Shown piece after piece: positions 1 to 7,076 of a stretch of DNA of 41,770 nt. The DNA comes from Parcubacteria group bacterium RIFCSPHIGHO2_02_FULL_40_12. GTDB lineage: Bacteria; Patescibacteriota; Minisyncoccia; 2-02-FULL-40-12. The position numbers and the translations under genes were made by a program. Below the pieces are notes generated by a model. The model was not told where the DNA came from. It saw only the letters and a list, made by a program, of their open reading frames with translations, and ran no database searches. The DNA lies in the NCBI GenBank assembly GCA_001824375.1, contig MHXE01000001.1, positions 1 to 41,770 on the forward strand, in the 5' to 3' direction. Position 1 is the stretch's first letter. Each line of letters starts with the position of its first letter.

Positions 1-909
1 TCAAGAGCGACTTTTATCCTCTCAAATCCTTTCTACACTGGATTATTTCGCTATGCAGGCGAAATCTACGAGGGCAAGCACGAGCCAATCATCGCAAAAA
101 AACTTTTTGATAAAGTCCAAGAGGTATTGAAGCAGAGAGGAAGGCCGCGACATAAATCTAAAATAGAGCCGCAAGTATTTTGCGGATTATTGCGTTGCGG
201 CACTTGCGGCATGATGATAACTGGCGAATACAGGGTGAAGACCCAGAAAAATGGCACGCAACATTTCTATACTTATTATCACTGCACCAAGAAACGCAAA
301 AACTTTAAGTGCCCCGAACCCTGTATTCGCCAAGAGGAACTGGACAAGCAAATTTCCTCTCTGCTTCAAAAAGTTTCTTTGCGACCAGATTGGGCGGAAA
401 AACTAAACGCAAGATTGGAAAAAGATAAATCAAAGTCCGCCCAATCCGTTTCTGCTTTTGTTCAAGCAAACCAAGAGAAAATCAAAGTCATTACCGCCAA
501 ACTTCAGCGACTTCTTGATGGCTATTTAGAACAAGACATAGACCGCGATATTTACCTAACTGAAAAAGCAAAACTCCTTTCCGAAAAGAAGTCGCTGGAA
601 GAGCAAATGACTAATCTTGAACAAAAGCAGAATGGTTGGCTCGAACCGATGCGAGAATGGATAAAAGTCGCTTCAACTCTTGATAAAACCGCAAGGGATA
701 GCAACCTTTTCAATAAAAAGGTTGCTGCTGAACAAGTGTTCGGCTCGAACCTCGTCTTGGCGGGCGGGCAAGCGGGCTTCAGGACTTCAGAAAGCGGCGC
801 AGTTGCGCCGCAAAACCAATGGGCGGCACTTTGTGCCGCCCACCAATTCGTTGGTCAAAAATCGGAAAGTCTAATTCTGGAGCGGGATACGAGGATCGAA
901 CTCGTGTAA
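1..909 (+). CDS. large serine recombinase, C-terminal portion (N-terminus lies outside the window)
   Basis: Frame 1 is open from nt 1. It reads SRATFILSNPFYTGLFRYAGEIYEGKHEPII (recombinase domain), then a CGLLRCGTCG...YYHCTKK zinc ribbon, then a long coiled coil. The TTG at 127 in the track is internal. The last ~170 nt (740-909) are GC-rich palindromes and read into tRNA-Gly, so the true C-terminus is uncertain. Confidence 0.8.
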   Translation, partial: SRATFILSNPFYTGLFRYAGEIYEGKHEPIIAKKLFDKVQEVLKQRGRPRHKSKIEPQVFCGLLRCGTCGMMITGEYRVKTQKNGTQHFYTYYHCTKKRKNFKCPEPCIRQEELDKQISSLLQKVSLRPDWAEKLNARLEKDKSKSAQSVSAFVQANQEKIKVITAKLQRLLDGYLEQDIDRDIYLTEKAKLLSEKKSLEEQMTNLEQKQNGWLEPMREWIKVASTLDKTARDSNLFNKKVAAEQVFGSNLVLAGGQAGFRTSESGAVAPQNQWAALCAAHQFVGQKSESLILERDTRIELV

Positions 910-951
910 CTTGCTTGGGAAGCAAGAGCATTACCACTATGCTAATCCCGC
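878..951 (-). tRNA. tRNA-Gly (anticodon CCC)
   Basis: Hand-folded cloverleaf, 74 nt. Acceptor GCGGGAT/ATCCCGC; D arm GCAT-AGTGGTA-ATGC; anticodon stem CTTGC/GCAAG with loop TTCCCAA; T arm ACGAG-TTCGATC-CTCGT; discriminator T; encoded CCA. Confidence 0.9.
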
Positions 952-1313
952 GACCAAATGATTCTAAACCATTCCCTCACCTTTGATAAGAACGGATTTT
1001 TATTTTGTTTTTCCTGATTCGTCTCATTTTGCTCATCTTCTTTTCTATATATGAATACTACCTCTTCCCCTTCTTTCTTAAGATTTAATCTCAAGCGAGC
1101 TTGTTTCTCCAAATAGCTTTCGGTATTCAAATATTCTAATAATCCTTTTTGTCGCTCTTCTTCCTTCTTTAAATTATCAATCTGGCTATTAATATCGCCA
1201 AGCTGTTTTTCAATTTCAACTTTTTGCAGGAATCCTTTAAGCACTAACCAAGACAAAAATCCGACGGCCATTATTAAAACCAAAGTAAAAATTAGTTGAC
1301 GATTAAACCTCAC
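942..1313 (-). CDS. FtsB/DivIC-like septum formation initiator (single TM plus coiled coil)
   Basis: N-terminal TM segment LIFTLVLIMAVGFLSWLVL, followed by a coiled coil and the ESYLEKQARLRLNLKKEGEEV motif typical of the family. The 3' end overlaps the tRNA by 10 nt. Confidence 0.6.
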   Translation of the reverse strand: MRFNRQLIFTLVLIMAVGFLSWLVLKGFLQKVEIEKQLGDINSQIDNLKKEEERQKGLLEYLNTESYLEKQARLRLNLKKEGEEVVFIYRKEDEQNETNQEKQNKNPFLSKVREWFRIIWSRD

Positions 1314-1325
1314 TTAATGTATTAT

Positions 1326-1439
1326 ATGGCAGAATCAATGTTTTTTGCTAATAAAAAACTATTAAGAATTCTGACTATCATTATTGCAATTATGGTGGCT
1401 TTCAGTATGATCGCCTTCTATAGTCTTCTTTTATTCTAA
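1326..1439 (+). CDS. candidate 37-aa hydrophobic micro-protein (MAESMFFANKKLLRILTIIIAIMVAFSMIAFYSLLLF)
   Basis: ATG-to-TAA ORF below the track cutoff with one predicted TM helix. No homology evidence. Confidence 0.2.
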   Translation: MAESMFFANKKLLRILTIIIAIMVAFSMIAFYSLLLF

Positions 1440-1455
1440 TCTAACACAAATCAGT

Positions 1456-2745
1456 ATGCCAAAAGGAAAACAGATCCAATCGGTAAAAGGTATGCATGAT
1501 ATTCTTCCGGACCAGTGGCCTTCCCGAGATTTTATTTTCAAGAAAGCCAAAACAATTTTAGAAGATTACGACTTCGAAAGAATTGAAACACCGGTCCTAG
1601 AAGAGACTGAACTTTTTGAAAGAGCTGTTGGCGAAGGCACAGATATCGTTGAAAAAGAAATGTATTCTTTTAAAACCAAGGGCGGCGACAATGTCACCAT
1701 GCGGCCTGAAGGAACCGCGCCGATTGTCCGGGCCTATATCGAGCACGGAATGAGATCTCTGCCTCAGCCGGTCAAATTATACTATCTTGAACCGATGTTC
1801 CGACACGAACAGCCCCAAGCCGGCCGAACTAGAGAACACTGGCAAATCGGCACAGAAGTTATTGGAGAAGCTGGTTTTTCGGCTGATGCCGAACTCATTT
1901 TTATTCTTTGGAAAATTTTTGAAGAACTGGATTTAAAAAATCACATAACCCTGCAAATAAACAGTGTCGGCGATTCAAACTGTCGGCCAGACTACAAAAA
2001 AGCCCTAAAAGATTATTACAAAAACAAATTTAAAAAAATATGTTCGGCATGTAAAACGAGATGTAAGAAAAATGTTTTGATGATGCTTGATTGTAAACAA
2101 CCAGAATGTCGCGAAATAGCCCTGAAAGCGCCCCAAATTTTCGATTTTCTGGATGATGAATGCAAAACTCACTTCAAGAATATTCTTGAATTTTTAGAAG
2201 AAGCAAAAGTTCCTTACATGGTAAATCCATTTTTAATGAGGAGTTTTGGCTATTCAACCAGAACAATTTTCGAGATCTGGCCAGATGAAGAAGAAAATCA
2301 ACAGGCTCTGGCCGGAGGTGAAAGATACGATAAATTAGTGGAAACACTCGGTGGCCAAAAAACGGAAGCCGCTGGTTGGGGCATCGGCATTGGAAGAGTT
2401 GTAGAATTTTTGAAAAAGAAAGAAATTAAAATCCCTAAAGCAAAAACGGAACCAAAAATATTTTTGGCCCAGCTCGGCGAGTTAGCCAAAAAAAGAAGCT
2501 TGATTATGTTTGAACATTTCCGCAAAGCCGGCATTCCTTTAAAAGCATCTTTTAGCCGAGACAGCATTAAATCCCAGTTAAGGATAGCCAATAAGCTTGG
2601 CGTCAGATTTACTTTGATTTTGGGTCAGCGGGAAGCGCTTGATGGAAGCATTATTCTGCGAGACATGGAATCATCGGTTCAGGAAACTATCCCGCTTGAA
2701 GGAATAGTTGACACAGTTAAAAAAAGGTTAAAAGAAAAATTATGA
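1456..2745 (+). CDS. hisS: histidine--tRNA ligase
   Basis: Class II aaRS motifs: GMHDILP, EMYSFKTKGGDNVTMRPEGTAP, FRHEQPQAGRTREHWQ, GGERYD. It also has an anticodon-binding C-terminus. Confidence 0.95.
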   Translation: MPKGKQIQSVKGMHDILPDQWPSRDFIFKKAKTILEDYDFERIETPVLEETELFERAVGEGTDIVEKEMYSFKTKGGDNVTMRPEGTAPIVRAYIEHGMRSLPQPVKLYYLEPMFRHEQPQAGRTREHWQIGTEVIGEAGFSADAELIFILWKIFEELDLKNHITLQINSVGDSNCRPDYKKALKDYYKNKFKKICSACKTRCKKNVLMMLDCKQPECREIALKAPQIFDFLDDECKTHFKNILEFLEEAKVPYMVNPFLMRSFGYSTRTIFEIWPDEEENQQALAGGERYDKLVETLGGQKTEAAGWGIGIGRVVEFLKKKEIKIPKAKTEPKIFLAQLGELAKKRSLIMFEHFRKAGIPLKASFSRDSIKSQLRIANKLGVRFTLILGQREALDGSIILRDMESSVQETIPLEGIVDTVKKRLKEKL

Positions 2746-3092
2746 TCTCAGATGTTTTCTGTAAAATTATCAAAGGAGAACTAAAATCTGACGCCGTTTA
2801 CAAAGACGATGATTTTCTGGTAATTAAAGATATAAATCCCCAGGCTCCGGTTCATCTTCTGATAATTCCGGTCAAACATCATTTTTCGCTTGAAGATTTT
2901 ATGGAGGAAGGGAATCTAGAACTGCTTGGCAAAGCGCTTATCATAGCCCACAAAGTCGCTCACCAAGTCGGTATTGCCGAAAAGGGATATCGTTTGATAA
3001 TGAATGAAGGCGAGTATGGAGGAAAGCTGGTTCCGCATCTCCATTTTCATTTATTGGGAGGAAAAAGACTGGGACCAAAAATTGTGAAATAA
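2742..3092 (+). CDS. HIT-family (HinT-like) nucleotide hydrolase
   Basis: Histidine triad HLHFHLLGG. ATGA overlap with hisS. Confidence 0.9.
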   Translation: MISDVFCKIIKGELKSDAVYKDDDFLVIKDINPQAPVHLLIIPVKHHFSLEDFMEEGNLELLGKALIIAHKVAHQVGIAEKGYRLIMNEGEYGGKLVPHLHFHLLGGKRLGPKIVK

Positions 3093-3097
3093 AAAAT

Positions 3098-3364
3098 ATG
3101 GCGGAAGTTTATCGAAAACCAAGGGAAACAATACCGTCTCTAATCAGGCGATTTTCTCGTTCGGTTCAAGCCGGCAAAATTTTAGAAAAAGCAAAAGGCA
3201 AATTACATCGGCAGAAAAAACCTTCCGAAAGGCAAATTAAGCAAAGAGCTATAATGAGAGAAGCTTTAAAGGAACTCCGAAGAAGACTTGAAAAACAAGG
3301 GAAATATACCGACGATCTCTTCCATCGGGAAAAGAAAAAAATCAAAGAAAAGTTCGGGTTTTAG
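3098..3364 (+). CDS. rpsU: 30S ribosomal protein bS21
   Basis: SLIRRFSRSVQAGKILEKAK...KPSERQIKQRA matches the S21 core. It keeps the conserved rpsU-yqeY synteny. Confidence 0.75.
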   Translation: MAEVYRKPRETIPSLIRRFSRSVQAGKILEKAKGKLHRQKKPSERQIKQRAIMREALKELRRRLEKQGKYTDDLFHREKKKIKEKFGF

Positions 3365-3395
3365 CAAATTGAATTTTGCTAAAACGGGTATTTTA

Positions 3396-3479
3396 GGCAA
3401 GCGTATCGGCTTGCCGTAAAAATGCCCAGGCGTTTGCCCATAAAGGCAAACATATACTCGCAAAGCGAGTATATTTAAT
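3396..3479 (+). repeat. hairpin-repeat family 1, copy A (three consecutive stem-loops)
   Basis: Stems GGCAAGC/GCTTGCC, GTTTGCC/GGCAAAC and ATATACTCGC/GCGAGTATAT. The reverse complement matches 16994-17121. Confidence 0.8.
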
Positions 3480-3539
3480 ACACCGCATAAAATTTGATAT
3501 TGCGAGCACAAGCTTTCTATTGTATCTTTTGAATAAGTG

Positions 3540-3881
3540 ATGCTTCTTAAAGAAAAACTTCAACAGGATTTAAATTCGGCCCTGAAAAATCGTGAGAATT
3601 TAAAACGCATTGTTTTAGGTTCCCTGCTCTCCGCCATCCATAACAAAGAAATAGAAAAAAGAACCGTTGAAACAAAGAAAATGCCAAGCGCCAACGTTGA
3701 AGAATTGGAAAAAGCCTCGAAAATGGCCGACGAAGAAATAATTAAAGTCATCAAGTCTGAAATAAAAAAAAGAAAACAGGCGATTGAGCTTTACGAAAAA
3801 GGCGAACGGAAAGAACTGGCTCAAAAAGAAAAAGATGAAATAGAAATTTTGCTTAACTACGCGCCGGAACTGAAACAATAA
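3540..3881 (+). CDS. yqeY: GatB/YqeY domain protein
   Basis: LKEKLQQDLNSALKNRE...EEIIKVIKSEIKKRKQAIELYEKGERKELAQKEKDEIEIL. An ATG at 3540 directly follows the GTG at 3537. Confidence 0.75.
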   Translation: MLLKEKLQQDLNSALKNRENLKRIVLGSLLSAIHNKEIEKRTVETKKMPSANVEELEKASKMADEEIIKVIKSEIKKRKQAIELYEKGERKELAQKEKDEIEILLNYAPELKQ

Positions 3882-3882
3882 A

Positions 3883-5118
3883 ATGAAAAAAAACATTGTT
3901 GCCGGAATAGACATCGGCAACTCGGCAGTCAAGACAATCATTGCTGAATTTAAGGAAGGCTCAGCAAGGCCCCAGATTTTAGGCACCGGCTTAAGCTCAT
4001 CTAACGGCTTAAGGCGCGGAGTAGTTATTGATATGACCGAAGCGGTTGAAGACTTAAAAAGATCAGTTGCTCAAGCAGAAAATTCTGCCGGAATCAGAAT
4101 CAAAAAAGCTTATGCCTCAATTTCCGGCCCTCATATCAGAAGCCAGGTATCCCGCGGGGTAATTGCTGTATCGCGGGCCGACAACGAAATATCGGAAAAC
4201 GACATCCAAAGAGTTTTAGAGGCGGCTTCGACCATAAGCTTGCCGCCGAACCGCGAAATAATCCACCGAATCCCAAAAAAATTCATTGTTGACGGCCAGG
4301 AGTTTTTCAAAAATCCGGTGGGAATGACCGGAATCCGTTTGGAGGCGGATGTAATAATAGTTGATGCTCTAACACCATATCTAAAAAGCTTGGCCAAAGT
4401 AATAAACGAAAATGAAATCGAGGTAACTGAATTTATCTATTCCCCTCTCGCTTCGGCTAAAGCCGTTTTAAATAAAAAAACTAGAGAACATGGCGCGGCT
4501 TCTTTGGATTTTGGCGGAGGCCTTTGCCATTTAGCTGTTTTTGACGAAGGCGAGCTCATCCATACCGCTTCTTTGCCGCTTGGCTCAAAAAACATAACTA
4601 ATGACTTGGCTATTGCCATAAAGACATCTTTGGATAATGCCGAAATGGTAAAACTTGAATATGGCTTTGTGGGGGATACTTCGGGCGGTAAAAAAGAGAA
4701 TATCGATTTATCTAAAATAACCGATGAAGAAATGATTATTCCGAAAAAAATTATAGGCGAAGTTATAAACGACCGGACTACAGAAATAGTTGATATGGTC
4801 TCCGGCGAACTTAAAAAAATAAATCGCCTTAATTTACTGCCGGGCGGCATCTTGCTTTGCGGCGGCGGAGCAAAGCTTACCGGTTTTACGGAATACATCA
4901 AAGAAAAACTAAAACTACCGGCCAAAAAATTTTCTTCTTACGATTTTGAAGGCGTAGTCAATAAAATCGACGACCCGACTTTCGCCTGCGCCGCTGGACT
5001 GGTGCTTTGGGGATTTGAAAAAGAATTCAGCCAAAAAGAAAAAGGAATTTTTGAAAATTTCGGTTCGCATAAGACTTTCAAAAAACTCAAAGACTGGTTT
5101 AGGATATTTTTGCCCTAA
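3883..5118 (+). CDS. ftsA: cell division protein FtsA
   Basis: Actin-like ATPase motifs GIDIGNSAVK, LDFGGG and CGGGAKLTG. It sits immediately upstream of ftsZ. Confidence 0.9.
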   Translation: MKKNIVAGIDIGNSAVKTIIAEFKEGSARPQILGTGLSSSNGLRRGVVIDMTEAVEDLKRSVAQAENSAGIRIKKAYASISGPHIRSQVSRGVIAVSRADNEISENDIQRVLEAASTISLPPNREIIHRIPKKFIVDGQEFFKNPVGMTGIRLEADVIIVDALTPYLKSLAKVINENEIEVTEFIYSPLASAKAVLNKKTREHGAASLDFGGGLCHLAVFDEGELIHTASLPLGSKNITNDLAIAIKTSLDNAEMVKLEYGFVGDTSGGKKENIDLSKITDEEMIIPKKIIGEVINDRTTEIVDMVSGELKKINRLNLLPGGILLCGGGAKLTGFTEYIKEKLKLPAKKFSSYDFEGVVNKIDDPTFACAAGLVLWGFEKEFSQKEKGIFENFGSHKTFKKLKDWFRIFLP

Positions 5119-5224
5119 ATCAAACTCATTTCCAAAGTATTGACTCCCATCTCCCCCTATGATAAGTAGTATCCAATTAAGTTTTCGGATTTAAACCGTT
5201 TAACTAATCAGCTAATCAACTAAA

Positions 5225-6346
5225 ATGGCTCAAATTAAACCTCCATTTGAAACTTTCGCCAGAATAAAAGTTGTCGGAGTCGGCGGAAGTGGCGGAAAAG
5301 CAATCCAGAGAATGATGACCGAAAAAATTCACGGGGTTGAATTCATCGGGATAAATACCGATGCCCAAGATCTCCATGCTTCCAATGCCCCGATAAAAAT
5401 CCACATCGGCAAAAATTTAACCAAAGGCCTGGGCGCCGGGATGAATCCTGAAGTCGGCCGCCAAGCCGCCGAAGAAACTCGGGACGAAATCCAAGATGCA
5501 ATTAAGGGCTCGGATATGGTTTTCATAACTTTCGGTTTGGGAGGCGGAACTGGTACCGGAGCCGGCCCGATTATCGCTGAAGTGGCAAAAAATGCCGGCA
5601 TTCTTACTGTCGGCGTTGTTACTAAGCCTTTTTCTTTTGAAGGAGCCCAAAGAGCAAGACTGGCTGAAGAAGGTTGGAATAAACTAAAAGACAGAGTTGA
5701 CGCCTTGATCAGTATCCCAAATGACAGACTGCTTTCAATAATTGAACGTAAGACCGGCTTAATTGACGCTTTTAAAATAGTTGACGATGTTTTGCGCCAA
5801 GGCGTTCAAGGAATCTCTGATTTGATTACTGTGCCGGGAGTGGTAAATGTTGATTTCGCCGATGTTCAAGCCATTATGCAAAATGCCGGTTCTGCTTTAA
5901 TGGGAATCGGCCGGGCCACCGGCGAAGATCGAGCCGTCGAAGCAGCCAAAGCCGCCATTAACTCTCCCCTGCTTGAAGTTTCGATTGATGGAGCCAAAGG
6001 AGTTTTATTTAATGTTACCGGCGGACCGGATCTCACAATGTCTGAAATCAATGACGCCGCAAAAATAATTACTGAATCGATTGATCCAGAAGCAAGAGTA
6101 ATTTTCGGCGCCACCCAAGACAACAACCTCAAAAAAGGCGAGATAAAAGTAACTGTCATTGCCACAGGGTTTTCAAGCGAGTCCCAATTTGGCAAAAAAG
6201 TTTCAAGTTTCGGGATATTCAACAAAGAAACCAATGGAGAACCAAGAGAACAAAGAGAACAAAACAAAAAAAAATTTATTGATGATCTGGAAAAAGAAGA
6301 AGACCAATACGATATCCCCGCGTTTATAAGGAAGAAGATGAAATGA
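5225..6346 (+). CDS. ftsZ: cell division GTPase FtsZ
   Basis: Tubulin signature GGGTGTGAGP, plus NTDAQDL and a C-terminal DIPAFIRKK peptide. Confidence 0.97.
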   Translation: MAQIKPPFETFARIKVVGVGGSGGKAIQRMMTEKIHGVEFIGINTDAQDLHASNAPIKIHIGKNLTKGLGAGMNPEVGRQAAEETRDEIQDAIKGSDMVFITFGLGGGTGTGAGPIIAEVAKNAGILTVGVVTKPFSFEGAQRARLAEEGWNKLKDRVDALISIPNDRLLSIIERKTGLIDAFKIVDDVLRQGVQGISDLITVPGVVNVDFADVQAIMQNAGSALMGIGRATGEDRAVEAAKAAINSPLLEVSIDGAKGVLFNVTGGPDLTMSEINDAAKIITESIDPEARVIFGATQDNNLKKGEIKVTVIATGFSSESQFGKKVSSFGIFNKETNGEPREQREQNKKKFIDDLEKEEDQYDIPAFIRKKMK

Positions 6347-6354
6347 AAGCCTGA

Positions 6355-6426
6355 ATCGGCAATACCCAATTTCTTCTAGTGAGCCTCTTCTTGGAAATGG
6401 CTCGCTACTTTGCTCGAGTTGCCGAT
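6355..6426 (+). ncRNA. candidate structured leader / 3'UTR element (nested helices)
   Basis: Outer helix ATCGGCAA (6355-6362) pairs with TTGCCGAT (6419-6426). Inner helix TAGTGAGCC (6377-6385) pairs with GGCTCGCTA (6399-6407). No known riboswitch motif recognised. Confidence 0.3.
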
Positions 6427-6442
6427 AAGTAGGGTGTGTCCA

Positions 6443-6483
6443 CCCATTCTCGCGGTCGCCAACCGTGGGCTTTTTTGTTTTTT
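6443..6483 (+). terminator. intrinsic terminator downstream of ftsZ and upstream of cobO
   Basis: CCCA..CGGT-cgcca-ACCG-TGGG stem followed by TTTTTTGTTTTTT. The upstream hairpin GGGTG-tgtc-CACCC (6432-6445) competes for the CCCA. Confidence 0.6.
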
Positions 6484-6523
6484 GTAAAACTGATTTAATT
6501 GAAGCGAGAGTTTGGTATAGAAT

Positions 6524-7030
6524 ATGATCATTATCTTTACCGGCAACGGAAAAGGGAAAACAACTGCTTCACTTGGACAAGCGGTGCGAAGTTTAGGTGA
6601 AGGGAAAAAAGCAATAATGATCCAATTTGTAAAAGGCCCTTGGAAATCTGGAGAAGATTTTTTCTTCAAACAAAATCCAAAATTCGAAATAATAAAAGGC
6701 GGAAAGGGCTTTGTCGGCATCATGAACGACCGGCTGCCCTTCTCAATTCACAAAAAAACAGCCCAAGCGACTCTAAAAACAGCCGAGAAAAAGATTTTAA
6801 GCAAAAAATATGACCTAATAATTCTTGATGAGATTAATGTTGCGGTCGGATTAAAATTAATCTCTGAGAAAAATGTTCTAAAAGTCCTTAAGAAACTCCC
6901 ACAAGGCATCGATATCATCTTAACCGGACGCAATGCTCCAAAAAAGTTCATTGATCTTGCTGATATAGCTACAGAAATGAAGGAAATCAAGTATAAATTC
7001 AGACAAGCTAAACAAGGGGTAGAATATTAA
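6524..7030 (+). CDS. cobO: cob(I)yrinic acid a,c-diamide / cob(I)alamin adenosyltransferase (CobA/CobO/BtuR family)
   Basis: P-loop GNGKGKTTASLG, IQFVKG, ILDEINVAV, LTGRNAP. Confidence 0.85.
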   Translation: MIIIFTGNGKGKTTASLGQAVRSLGEGKKAIMIQFVKGPWKSGEDFFFKQNPKFEIIKGGKGFVGIMNDRLPFSIHKKTAQATLKTAEKKILSKKYDLIILDEINVAVGLKLISEKNVLKVLKKLPQGIDIILTGRNAPKKFIDLADIATEMKEIKYKFRQAKQGVEY

Positions 7031-7076
7031 AAATATCCACATTGACCGATATCGCGCATTAATCATAAAATTAGGC

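Noticed and set aside
2030-2110. A Cys-rich insertion in HisRS (CSACKTRCKK...LDCKQPEC) as a novel zinc module.
   Set aside because: This corresponds to the usual HisRS insertion-domain segment (..C..R...N.L..LDcK..), so it is not unusual.
3560-6369. Antisense or alternative-frame ORFs inside yqeY, ftsA and ftsZ (3560-3754, 3615-3986, 4131-4397, 4437-4925, 5216-5404, 5329-5601, 5417-5650, 5866-6369), and similar shadow ORFs throughout the window.
   Set aside because: Each lies fully within a strongly supported gene on the opposite strand or in another frame. Their composition is low-complexity and no domains are recognisable.
6350-6483. A cobalamin riboswitch upstream of cobO/nrdJ.
   Set aside because: The conserved B12 box (GCCACUG core) and the typical multi-helix junction are not recognisable. 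Only a generic terminator/antiterminator arrangement is seen.
6376-6723. The 115-aa minus-strand ORF spanning the ftsZ-cobO spacer and the cobO 5' end.
   Set aside because: It is antisense to a well-supported cobO gene and to the terminator, and has no recognisable domain.
7031-7076. NrdR boxes upstream of nrdJ.
   Set aside because: Only a short CGATATCG palindrome is present. There is no pair of 16-bp acaCwAtATaTwGtgt-like boxes.
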